Source: a virus
Lineage: Duplodnaviria; Caudoviricetes
Length of the DNA stretch: 64,000 nucleotides
Strand: one strand, 5' to 3'
IMG/VR virus record: IMGVR_UViG_3300037424_001167
Coordinates: 3,867 to 67,866 of that record
How positions within the stretch are numbered: the first letter of the stretch is position 1; each line of letters opens with the position of its first letter. The position numbers and the translations under genes were made by a program. The notes beneath the pieces were generated by a model. The model was not told the origin of the DNA. It worked only from the letters and a program-made list of their open reading frames with translations, and did no database searches. Shown one piece after another: positions 27,747-35,599 of this stretch.

Positions 27747-27968
27747 CTAGTGATCTAGAGATCTTATCTGTTTAAGTGATCTGTCGCTTGGGTCGATCAA
27801 AACCTCGACCCTCTCATTGATCTTGTAATACCTTTCAAGCTCTTCTTGCTGAGATTGAGAGACTTTTGAATGGTATTGACCACCAGTCTGCCTATTCCTG
27901 ACAACAAGGATGTCATCAGATGTGACATCCTTCTCAATCTGCCCGATATTTCTTTCCCAAAGTGCCAT
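27747..27968 (-). CDS. Hypothetical protein
   Basis: 73-aa ORF with GAGG RBS. Confidence 0.6.
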   Translation of the reverse strand: MALWERNIGQIEKDVTSDDILVVRNRQTGGQYHSKVSQSQQEELERYYKINERVEVLIDPSDRSLKQIRSLDH

Positions 27969-28031
27969 GTTTTTCCTCTTTCTGGGTATTGATGTGGGCC
28001 GTAAAGGGACGGCCCGCCCACTTAAAACGCG

Positions 28032-28217
28032 CTATGCGGACTGCTGACGGGTTTTCCTAATGTCGGTTACAGCACGGGAGATGCCCTCAATTTCCGCGCT
28101 TGTTCCTTTGATTTCTCCGCTTTCGAGATGTTTTACTATGCTTTCCAGCTTAGAGAGTACAATTCTGCCCTCCTTGTACTCTTTCAAAGCGTGGGCGCGG
28201 TATTCGTTAGTGTTCAT
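28032..28217 (-). CDS. Hypothetical protein
   Basis: Start set at MNTNEY after GAAAGAGG. Confidence 0.55.
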   Translation of the reverse strand: MNTNEYRAHALKEYKEGRIVLSKLESIVKHLESGEIKGTSAEIEGISRAVTDIRKTRQQSA

Positions 28218-28306
28218 AGTGGACCTCTTTCTGCTCATAAGAGCAACTATTCGAGCAATGTGCCCGATGCTGCCAGCAACCGTAGCCGCTGGCAGAAACC
28301 GACAAA

Positions 28307-28534
28307 CTACCGTTTTACGATTCGAATAGGGGCGGGATTATCGGCGTCGTATTCGGCGTTTCGACGCTCGATAAGGCTGTTCCGGTCCTCTACAGGAGCT
28401 ACATACGTGCCGTCCTGAGCAAACTGTTTCTGCTCAGGAGTTGACTTTTTGCAGAGATGAGGAAACACCTCTGCAAAAGATCTAATCTCGTTATCCATTG
28501 ATTGTCTCACTTTCATGTTGTAGAGTCTCATCAT
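28307..28534 (-). CDS. Hypothetical protein
   Basis: 75-aa ORF in the small-gene array. Confidence 0.5.
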   Translation of the reverse strand: MMRLYNMKVRQSMDNEIRSFAEVFPHLCKKSTPEQKQFAQDGTYVAPVEDRNSLIERRNAEYDADNPAPIRIVKR

Positions 28535-28552
28535 ACTAACTTGCTAATCGAT

Positions 28553-28765
28553 CTAATCGATTAGCAAGCCATGGCCTTTGACAAGAGATCCATCTTGCCA
28601 TAATTTGCCAACTCTGTAGTGCGGCTCTTCCATTCCTACGCACTGATTGGTATCCTCGTCAAATACGAGAACACCTCCAACTCTAACATCATGCTCTCCT
28701 CGCAGGAGATGACCAAACTTCTTAAAAGTTCCGATAGTAACTTCTTTCTCTTTTTCGTAAGACAT
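28553..28765 (-). CDS. Hypothetical protein
   Basis: Start set at MSYEKE after GAAAGAAGG. Confidence 0.55.
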   Translation of the reverse strand: MSYEKEKEVTIGTFKKFGHLLRGEHDVRVGGVLVFDEDTNQCVGMEEPHYRVGKLWQDGSLVKGHGLLID

Positions 28766-28874
28766 AGTGTAAATCCTTCTTTCTGAACTTGCTTCACCCA
28801 ACAATGGGTGAATAGGTGGCTGACATTGTGAGTGCCACAACGGGCGTTACCCGTGCCACCAAGCTAGTTACGCG

Positions 28875-29033
28875 CTACGAAGGCGTCCATGTGGCAATTA
28901 ATACCCACTTGCCGCCTCGCTTTTGGTAGATCCTGTGCTCTATCCCCTCACCTCGCAGTTCGTCTGCGTACTGCACAGCATCATCTTCCAGTTCAAAGAC
29001 GACTTCGTCTTTGCCATAACAAATCTTAAACAT
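28875..29033 (-). CDS. Small hypothetical protein (52 aa, not in the ORF track)
   Basis: Manual translation MFKICYGKDEVVFELEDDAVQYADELRGEG...; GAAGGACAAAAGCA-ATG. Confidence 0.6.
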   Translation of the reverse strand: MFKICYGKDEVVFELEDDAVQYADELRGEGIEHRIYQKRGGKWVLIATWTPS

Positions 29034-29050
29034 TGCTTTTGTCCTTCCGG

Positions 29051-29698
29051 CTATCTCAATACGCTAAATGCGCGATTTTGAGTAAGAGGAGCGTTCATCA
29101 TGTCTTTCTTTGAACGCTCTTTTATCTCGTTAATCTCACCAAGAATGTCTGATTTATGTTCTGCCCTCTGAGTGATCTCTTCAAGCAAATCACGGCGTTT
29201 GCGCTTGGTACCTGTTGAGACGATACGGTAGACAGGTTTGACCTCTTCCACCTTGCAAGGAGGATTTATGAGCTTCTTAACCGCTTCTACCGCTTTTGCG
29301 TCTGTCCCCATTAACTCACCATCGTGCACCCAGACAGTGTGGGTGTGGTTGTAGATCCACATCTCATTGTCTACCTGGGTGATCGCGGGCTCTGCAACGA
29401 TCACAGGAGCGCTCTTTACCACTACTGGGCAACCAGCAGGATGAGTAGCGCTGTATGGGTGAGCTGCACTGTAGGCACTGACCTGTTTGATGTGCCTACA
29501 GTTGTTCACAGTGGCAGGACAAGTGCAATCCCACCGACACCGCTCATAATTCCAACGTACCAGGTGCGACGTATCTGGGTGGCTTAGGCTTGCCACCAGG
29601 AAGAAAATCTCACCTTGTTGAATATGAGTACCATCAATGTCTAAGGGCCGATTAGCAGTCAAACGAATGAGTGGATATCCGGTTAATGTGGTTGTCAT
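29051..29698 (-). CDS. SWIM zinc-finger-containing protein
   Basis: WDCTCP....NCRHI motif; AAGGAG RBS. Confidence 0.7.
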   Translation of the reverse strand: MTTTLTGYPLIRLTANRPLDIDGTHIQQGEIFFLVASLSHPDTSHLVRWNYERCRWDCTCPATVNNCRHIKQVSAYSAAHPYSATHPAGCPVVVKSAPVIVAEPAITQVDNEMWIYNHTHTVWVHDGELMGTDAKAVEAVKKLINPPCKVEEVKPVYRIVSTGTKRKRRDLLEEITQRAEHKSDILGEINEIKERSKKDMMNAPLTQNRAFSVLR

Positions 29699-29709
29699 GG
29701 TGTTTCTCC

Positions 29710-29877
29710 TTAATTGTTTATGTTGAGTGGAATATACTCAACAACTTCATAATCGTTCTCAATGATGATATGCGTGCTAGTCCTGGAGATGGTAAATAAC
29801 TCTCCAGATGCTAGTAGTTCCAGTTGCTTGGGTTGTGCCTGTAAGAACGCTTCAATTTCTTCAAGCAGCTCATCCAT
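29710..29877 (-). CDS. Small acidic hypothetical protein (55 aa, not in the ORF track)
   Basis: Manual translation MDELLEEIEAFLQAQPKQLELL...; AAGGAG RBS. Confidence 0.6.
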   Translation of the reverse strand: MDELLEEIEAFLQAQPKQLELLASGELFTISRTSTHIIIENDYEVVEYIPLNINN

Positions 29878-30139
29878 GATTGACTCCTTGTGGTAAGCTA
29901 GAATTGGACTACATAAAGGTTCACTTTGCCCATCTCACTGGTAAGTTTTCTGGCTAGATCAGTGAGATGGGTTCTTTTTGTCTTCTTCATCTCTCGCTCC
30001 CTAGTGCTGTGTCCATGGAGTACAAGTCAATCCATGTTGTACTTAGAAGGGATGCCTCAGTAGGCCTTTCTGATCGATGCGCTTTATTCGATTGTGAATG
30101 TTCAGGCTCTTTCGTTTCGCCGTCCGTGTTCTATGTATG

Positions 30140-30292
30140 TAGTATGCCACACAAAGTCTTGGCTGTCAAGACTTTTTGAGACCAATTTTGATCAGTTTCT
30201 AAAACCCATAAAGCATGAAATATACAGTCACCAAACACCAAAGGCATTCACAAATAAAGTATTGACAAGCAAGACTATTAGTGTTACTATAT
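30140..30292. promoter_or_regulatory. Divergent promoter pair at the main strand switch
   Basis: Minus strand TTGACA-17-CATACT (about 30141-30169) and plus strand TTGACA-17-TACTAT (about 30262-30290); both have CAAGACT 2 nt after the -35. Confidence 0.65.
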
Positions 30293-30329
30293 AGGAGGAA
30301 GTCAAACGTCTACAGAAAGGAGAAAGGAG

Positions 30330-30590
30330 ATGTCTAGAGGAATATGGATAACCAGCAAGGAAGCTGCTGAGATCCTATCAAAGAACAGTGGAAGAGCCAT
30401 TAAAGATCAATACGTTCGTGATTATGCCCGTAAAGGGCAAATCCGATGGAGGCCAATTGATGGTCGGTCAAATGAATATCTCAAGAGTGACGTTGAGAAA
30501 CTGAACATCAAGAAGAACAAACCACAGGCGAATCGCAAAACAGATCTATCGCCGGAAACCATTCAGTTGCCACTAGAAGATGCTGCATAG
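30330..30590 (+). CDS. HTH_17/excisionase-like DNA-binding protein
   Basis: WITSKEAAEILS...YVRDYARKGQI...YLKSDVEKL. Confidence 0.75.
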   Translation: MSRGIWITSKEAAEILSKNSGRAIKDQYVRDYARKGQIRWRPIDGRSNEYLKSDVEKLNIKKNKPQANRKTDLSPETIQLPLEDAA

Positions 30591-30722
30591 GCAGCTTGCA
30601 GTGCTATCGCCTGTGAAGTGAACACACTGCAAGCCACAACCATGCCAACATTGTAACAGATTTGCCTCTGGGTGAGTCTGTCTTTTTTTTAACCAACGCA
30701 TATAGCAACTTTAAGCTAAATG

Positions 30723-30751
30723 TTGGCAAGTTGCTGTAAGTGTGCTACAAT
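30723..30751 (+). promoter_or_regulatory. Promoter with GTTGCTG box
   Basis: TTGGCA-agttgctgtaagtgtgc(17)-TACAAT; TAGCAAC half-site at 30703. Confidence 0.7.
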
Positions 30752-30769
30752 AAGAACCTAGGAGGTTCG

Positions 30770-30940
30770 ATGAACAATTCAAAAGAAACCTACCGTGTAT
30801 CCATCACTTTTCCCATGGAGATGGTGAAATTGATCCGGTCTAAAGCGCAAAACGATGACCGAACGTTCACATGGGAAGTAGTCAATTTATTGAAAGCGCA
30901 ATTAGCGCAAGAACAGAAAGAGGTACAAACACATGAGTAA
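30770..30940 (+). CDS. Arc-like ribbon-helix-helix regulator
   Basis: RVSITFPMEMVKLIRSKAQNDDRTFTWEVVNLLK. Confidence 0.75.
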   Translation: MNNSKETYRVSITFPMEMVKLIRSKAQNDDRTFTWEVVNLLKAQLAQEQKEVQTHE

Positions 30941-31754
30941 AGTTATCCAAATTTCCAATGATGATTACAACAATCACCAATGGAGAGAAGACGAAGAAGA
31001 GACAGCAAGCTTCGTAAAGATTAACGGTGACAGCTTTGAAAATATCGTCATGCGTAATGGACTACCCATAGAGGTAACCGTTACAAAAAGTGTCAAGAAA
31101 GGAAGAGGAAAAAGCCAAGTTACAGTTGCAGAAGAAACAACAGTCAAAGCGAGGTACATTCGGGGTCTTTTTAATGATTTCTGCGAAGAGAGGGGATGGA
31201 TCGATGATCTTTTTCAGTGCGTCCTTGACGGGCTTGTAGAGCCTATGTCTTCTGATTTTGTTGACTGGATATACAAACATGCAACACTTAAAGCGGGATT
31301 AATCCAGGGATCAGGAGAAGAGAATGAGCAGTGGCTAGTGGCTATTGCGGATCTGGTCATAAGAGACGCCATTATGGTAAAGAAACATGATGAGTATAAA
31401 GCAGGCCGCAAAAGGGCATTCACAAATAAGACTATACGTGGGTGCATGATTCACAGACAATCACTCAGAGACTCAAAAAGCGCACAAGCCAAAGGAATGA
31501 ATGGAGCTTTAAAACAAAAAGGATTAGGCGCTGGTGATCTTAAACAGATGCATGAGGATGTTGAGAATGGGAAGAAAACAAAAGGTGGTATCACGATAGA
31601 AATAGCTGAAAAGCTACAAGACTCCGTTAATGATGTTAGATCCACTGTTTCTGAAATTGCAGCATCAGTCCGTCAAGACTTTGATGCAATAGGAAGCAAA
31701 ATGATCGAAGAAATGAAAAACCAAGAATTGCTTGAAGGAGATGACAATGAATAA
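30933..31754 (+). CDS. Hypothetical protein
   Basis: 273-aa ORF coupled to the Arc-like gene. Confidence 0.75.
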   Translation: MSKVIQISNDDYNNHQWREDEEETASFVKINGDSFENIVMRNGLPIEVTVTKSVKKGRGKSQVTVAEETTVKARYIRGLFNDFCEERGWIDDLFQCVLDGLVEPMSSDFVDWIYKHATLKAGLIQGSGEENEQWLVAIADLVIRDAIMVKKHDEYKAGRKRAFTNKTIRGCMIHRQSLRDSKSAQAKGMNGALKQKGLGAGDLKQMHEDVENGKKTKGGITIEIAEKLQDSVNDVRSTVSEIAASVRQDFDAIGSKMIEEMKNQELLEGDDNE

Positions 31755-32856
31755 TGAATTAGTGCAGACAGGGCATTTTGACTTAGAGCCAGTGACTAAT
31801 GAGTCAGATGAAATCATCATTGACGCCACTTGGGCAAGTCTCTCCGATGAAGAGTTTGATCAAGCTGCTACAGAATATCACGGGGTTCTTGATCAACAAG
31901 AGAATGTCCTCAAGATGATGACAAATGAGGTTATACGCAAGAAAGGAGAATTATACATGGCTTACAAAGCAAAACAAGGTCATGGAAAGTTTATTGGTTG
32001 GTTAGACAAAATTGGCATTTCACCACGTACTGCTCAGGAACACATGCAAACCGTCAGGGAACTGGGAGACGAACTTTCAAATACGCGCCATGGCGCGTAT
32101 TTGGGTTTTAATGTATGGAGAAAATTAGCGCGTTCTACAGAAGGAAAGCAAATTGTAGCAAAAATAGAGGCTGGAGAAATTGAACCTACTCCCAAGGCCG
32201 TCAATGCTGAGATAGAAGCGGCTAAACAGCGTGAAATGGAAGCTAAACGAGCTGCTGTAGATGCTGTTAAAGCAAAAAGACAAATAGAAGAGGAGTATTC
32301 AGCAGCATCTCAGCAGCTTTCTCTTTCACTGGAGAATGCAAAAGTCAAGCAGTCTCAACTTGAAAAAGAGATAGCAGCTCTCAAATTAGAAAAAGAGAAC
32401 ATGGCCCGCCCACAAGAGAAAATCGTCTATGACGATAAACCAGAGACGATAGAGAAGCTTGCTAAGCTTCAAGAAAAAGAATTGAAACTTAAAAGCGATC
32501 TACTAAAGAAGGAAAAAGACTTAGAAGATGTAAGAGGATATAATGCCAGGTTTGCAGAGGAAAACCGCAAGCTTACAGAACAGATGCGTGCTAGCTATGC
32601 TGATAGGCAAGCCGTTATAGGCCAAGTGCGTATTCGTGAGGAATGGAGGAAGAATATAACTAGTCTGCACGTTGCCGTATCAAAGTTCGTTGCTGAGATA
32701 CCTTCTCTCATTGATCAGGAGTCTCTAGAGGGGGATGATTGGGCACGGCACGCCCAATGTGTCGAGATATTGCAGCATGCCCTAGAAAGGCTACAGCAGA
32801 TGCGTAATAGCCAGCCAGATCCATTCGTAGATGCCACTGTTGTATCAAGCTGGTAA
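31747..32856 (+). CDS. DUF3102-like domain plus long coiled-coil protein
   Basis: HGKFIGWLDKIGISPRTAQEHM pattern; E/K-rich coiled coil. Confidence 0.65.
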   Translation: MNNELVQTGHFDLEPVTNESDEIIIDATWASLSDEEFDQAATEYHGVLDQQENVLKMMTNEVIRKKGELYMAYKAKQGHGKFIGWLDKIGISPRTAQEHMQTVRELGDELSNTRHGAYLGFNVWRKLARSTEGKQIVAKIEAGEIEPTPKAVNAEIEAAKQREMEAKRAAVDAVKAKRQIEEEYSAASQQLSLSLENAKVKQSQLEKEIAALKLEKENMARPQEKIVYDDKPETIEKLAKLQEKELKLKSDLLKKEKDLEDVRGYNARFAEENRKLTEQMRASYADRQAVIGQVRIREEWRKNITSLHVAVSKFVAEIPSLIDQESLEGDDWARHAQCVEILQHALERLQQMRNSQPDPFVDATVVSSW

Positions 32857-33194
32857 TGCCTATTGATAAATCCCGCTATCACCCAAACTTTCCCAAACGC
32901 GCTAGCTATTGCGTCAAACGAGCAAAATATACCTGCCGAGAATGCGGAATAAAGAAAGGTGACAGGTATATCACTCAAAAAGGGGATACCATGAAAGCAG
33001 TTATTCAAGCCGCTCACATCAATCATGACCCGATGAACGCAAGAGCTAAACTGCGTGCCCTTTGCGCCGTATGCCATCTGAAATATGATGGCCCAATGCA
33101 CGGCAAAAAGGCAGCGAACACCAAGAAACAGAAGAAAATCCAAATCCAAATAGATGCTGGCCAACAATATCTACGCGGATTTAAGCCTAAATAG
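32856..33194 (+). CDS. HNH-type endonuclease-like protein
   Basis: CRECG...QAAHINH...N...LRALCAVCHLKYD. Confidence 0.75.
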   Translation: MPIDKSRYHPNFPKRASYCVKRAKYTCRECGIKKGDRYITQKGDTMKAVIQAAHINHDPMNARAKLRALCAVCHLKYDGPMHGKKAANTKKQKKIQIQIDAGQQYLRGFKPK

Positions 33195-33205
33195 TACCAC
33201 AAACA

Positions 33206-33243
33206 TAAGGGGACCTGTACCCAGATGGGCGGGTCCTTTTTTT
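33206..33243 (+). terminator. Intrinsic terminator
   Basis: GGACC...GGTCC stem followed by a T run. Confidence 0.55.
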
Positions 33244-33296
33244 GTTGCCATAATTCCCCGATTCCTGTACACTGGCACCCAGGAAAGGAGACTAAA

Positions 33297-33473
33297 ATGG
33301 ATAGCGGATTGATTGGATTATTTGCCGTCGGGCTATTTGTAGTATTTGTAGTATCTCTGTTTAGCCCGTCAACAACTTTTAGATGCAAGAAGTGCGATTT
33401 CACAACTGGTGACAAGCTCAGGGCCGCTGGTCACGTGGCATTAGAGAATACTCACAAATGCGAGGAGTGTTAA
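33297..33473 (+). CDS. Small membrane protein with a C2H2-like finger
   Basis: One TM segment, then CKKC...H....H.C; AAGGAG RBS. Confidence 0.65.
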   Translation: MDSGLIGLFAVGLFVVFVVSLFSPSTTFRCKKCDFTTGDKLRAAGHVALENTHKCEEC

Positions 33474-33609
33474 GCACTTTTTGTTGTATACTGCCTATGC
33501 GCCTCCAGGCTGTCGTGGCGTGCTGCCTGGAGAACCGAAAACGAACCTGGATGTCCTGCAATCCCAGCTTGTGAGAACAAGAACAGTGCAGGTCGGCCAG
33601 GACACGCCT

Positions 33610-34170
33610 CTACACTAACTCCTGAATTGTCACCTCCCACACATAACCAACTGCAATATCGAGATAGACATTCCCGCCTGAATGCTCCTCTGTTTCACCA
33701 CTTGTATTACTGCTATTGCACATCGTATTGATCGCAAGATCCTTATACGTGCCATTAGCGTTATGAACTGTTATGATCACATTGTATGATCCATTGTAGC
33801 TAGAAGCAGGATCACAACTCCATTTGATTTTCCAGTTATCCCCAACGGTAAATATCTCAGTCTTCTTGACCCCGTTCCCTGTAAGCGTATGCGTTGTTCC
33901 CCATGCAAGGGGGCTGGGAGTGGGCATTGCAGCGCTTGTAGGTGTCAACACTACTTTGGTAACCACGGGAAGCGTGGGGACAATCGTAGTGCTATTTGGA
34001 GGCACTGGAGAGCGACTTGCCACATTGATTGCCACTGCTACAGCAAAGCAACCAGTAATTACTGTACAAATCCAACTTGACCAGCCTGAATACCTCCACA
34101 TCAAATATAATCCCACTGGGAAGAAGAGAATGAGCATCAGGATGATGCCAGTGTTACGTTTGTACCACAT
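33610..34170 (-). CDS. Membrane-anchored exported protein
   Basis: Two N-terminal hydrophobic segments, Pro/Thr linker, beta-rich C-terminal domain; start set at MWYKRN after GAAAGGAC. Confidence 0.75.
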   Translation of the reverse strand: MWYKRNTGIILMLILFFPVGLYLMWRYSGWSSWICTVITGCFAVAVAINVASRSPVPPNSTTIVPTLPVVTKVVLTPTSAAMPTPSPLAWGTTHTLTGNGVKKTEIFTVGDNWKIKWSCDPASSYNGSYNVIITVHNANGTYKDLAINTMCNSSNTSGETEEHSGGNVYLDIAVGYVWEVTIQELV

Positions 34171-34190
34171 AAATTTGTCCTTTCTGAATG

Positions 34191-34219
34191 TTGACATAAT
34201 ACCATAGACGTGGTATGCT
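34191..34219 (+). promoter_or_regulatory. Promoter for the CRISPR-like small RNA
   Basis: TTGACA-taataccatagacgtgg(17)-TATGCT with extended -10 TG. Confidence 0.75.
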
Positions 34220-34222
34220 ATC

Positions 34223-34409
34223 AGGGATAGAAGACGACGCCCGTTTGGGATTGAAACAAACATTGGTAAGGATGAGGGACAGCAGGGATTGAAGATGGTG
34301 CCCGATTGGGATTGAAACAAGCAATAGACTCATATGAAACACAATCAGCCCGATTAAGGGATTGAAACGAGCTTTACTACAAGGACTATGCATCCCGTTT
34401 GGGTACAAC
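34223..34409 (+). CRISPR. Degenerate CRISPR-like mini-array (3 clear units plus 1 eroded), no cas operon
   Basis: Units end GGGATTGAAAC at 34257, 34318 and 34368; units 1 and 2 match at 30/35; each has a CCC-loop-GGG stem. Confidence 0.7.
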
Positions 34410-34411
34410 AC

Positions 34412-34452
34412 AAAAAGCACCTCACGCGATTGAGCGAACGAGGTGTTTTTTG
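34412..34452 (+). terminator. Intrinsic terminator closing the small RNA
   Basis: AAAAAGCACCTC...GAGGTGTTTTTT. Confidence 0.7.
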
Positions 34453-34766
34453 TTGATCTTTAGTAACGCCTTTTGTTATTAAAGAAAATGGCAAAATATT
34501 TAATAACGGGAGCCCTGGGCAGTAGTGGTAAGAAGCCCAGGGCTAAAAAGGACAAACGTACAATCCGGACCGGATGTCTCCATACTACACCATGCAAGGG
34601 GGTGTGGCAAGCTCCCTCCTCACTGTTGAGAGCCTCCTCCTTGCCTCTTGCAGTCTCTTTCCACTAGATTGCCTATCCCTCTACCCGCTCCCTCAGATTA
34701 GCTCCTCAATGCGATTTCAATGTTACACAAGAATGTGGATACACTCTTCCCCATGCAAGGTGTAGG

Positions 34767-34786
34767 ATGTTGATTTAAATCAACAT
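34767..34786. promoter_or_regulatory. Perfect 20-bp palindrome ATGTTGATTTAAATCAACAT
   Basis: Seen directly; a 1-mismatch core TTGACTTAAATCAA lies at 35314-35327. Confidence 0.6.
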
Positions 34787-35008
34787 GGAAATAGGCGTAA
34801 AATAGACTTGCACAACATGCATGTTCTAGGAAGCATGTCTAAAATGCCACTGAGACCGCTTCACAGGCTGATCAAAATTAGAACATTCACACCTGCACAA
34901 CTTGCATCAGTATTTTACAAAAATAAAAATACCGACGTTAACATTTTAATGTGTATCTTTTACCATGCAAGGGGGTTATGTTCTATTACAGTATGTTATA
35001 ACAACAAT

Positions 35009-35221
35009 ATAACATTATGTTGTACATACAACCTTTAGAGTATAGTAGAGAATAATACTCAATATAACAAATTGCTATATTATATATTATATATAGAATA
35101 GTAGTAGTACTATAGTACTATACGCATATATATAGTGTAATGTTACTATTAAAAAGTACATATTAAAATATTCACATTGATTTCTTTTTCTGTAATACTG
35201 ATGCAAGTCATGCAAGTGTGC
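35009..35221 (-). repeat. Copy B of the 213-bp inverted repeat
   Basis: Reverse complement of 12787-12999 (209/213 identical). Confidence 0.95.
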
Positions 35222-35313
35222 AAGACAGTACCTGAACCCGCTCTACAGGCCAATTCATACCTTGCACAAAGTCCGTGCAGGTCTCGTGCATGTCTATTTG
35301 GCCTATTTTCTTA

Positions 35314-35343
35314 TTGACTTAAATCAATAAAGAATGCTAGGAT
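35314..35343 (+). promoter_or_regulatory. Promoter upstream of the tRNA 5' half
   Basis: TTGACT-18-TAGGAT with extended -10 TG, 13 nt before GTTCCCG. Confidence 0.6.
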
Positions 35344-35356
35344 AGCTGTAAACGAA

Positions 35357-35395
35357 GTTCCCGTAGCTCAGTGGATAGAGCACCGGTCGGAACCG
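35357..35395 (+). tRNA. 5' half of tRNA-Arg(CCG), with 3 nt missing from the anticodon loop
   Basis: GTTCCCG-TA-GCTC-AGTGGATA-GAGC-A-CCGGT-CGGA-ACCG. Confidence 0.85.
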
Positions 35396-35477
35396 CACCC
35401 TAGCATTTCCCTGCTACGCAACCAGTTGAGAGAGCGAGGCAACCAATTATTGTGATTATTGTGAAGCATTTTGAGCT

Positions 35478-35521
35478 TGGCGTTCCCGACAGGAATTGAA
35501 CCTGCGCACCCGGTTCCGGAG
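35478..35521 (-). tRNA. 3' half of tRNA-Arg(CCG) including CCA; probable attP core
   Basis: Minus strand CTCCGGA-ACCGG-GTGC-GCAGG-TTCAATT-CCTGT-CGGGAAC-G-CCA, about 80 bp upstream of the integrase. Confidence 0.88.
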
Positions 35522-35599
35522 TTTTATTGCCTTATAAACCCGCTTCACACCTCACTCTAACCCCCTTGCATGGTGAGATGCAACCAATTGAGAGGCAAA

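Noticed and set aside
34171-34320. N-terminal extension of ORF 33610-34320 given by the ORF track
   Set aside because: It runs through the CRISPR-like units and promoter; a better start with GAAAGGAC RBS is at 34170
416-34409. Cas4-like gene plus repeat array as a phage-encoded CRISPR-Cas system
   Set aside because: They are 33 kb apart, no cas1/2/3/5/6/7 or class 2 effector is visible, and solo Cas4-like nucleases are routine in phage recombination modules
34488-34667. Possible small plus-strand ORF MAKYLITGALGSSGKK
   Set aside because: Weak RBS, no motif, and overlapping alternative frames; cannot be supported
35357-35521. Trans-spliced (Nanoarchaeum-type) split tRNA
   Set aside because: No long complementary leader/trailer or bulge-helix-bulge could be found, and the bacterial attP explanation covers the 3' half
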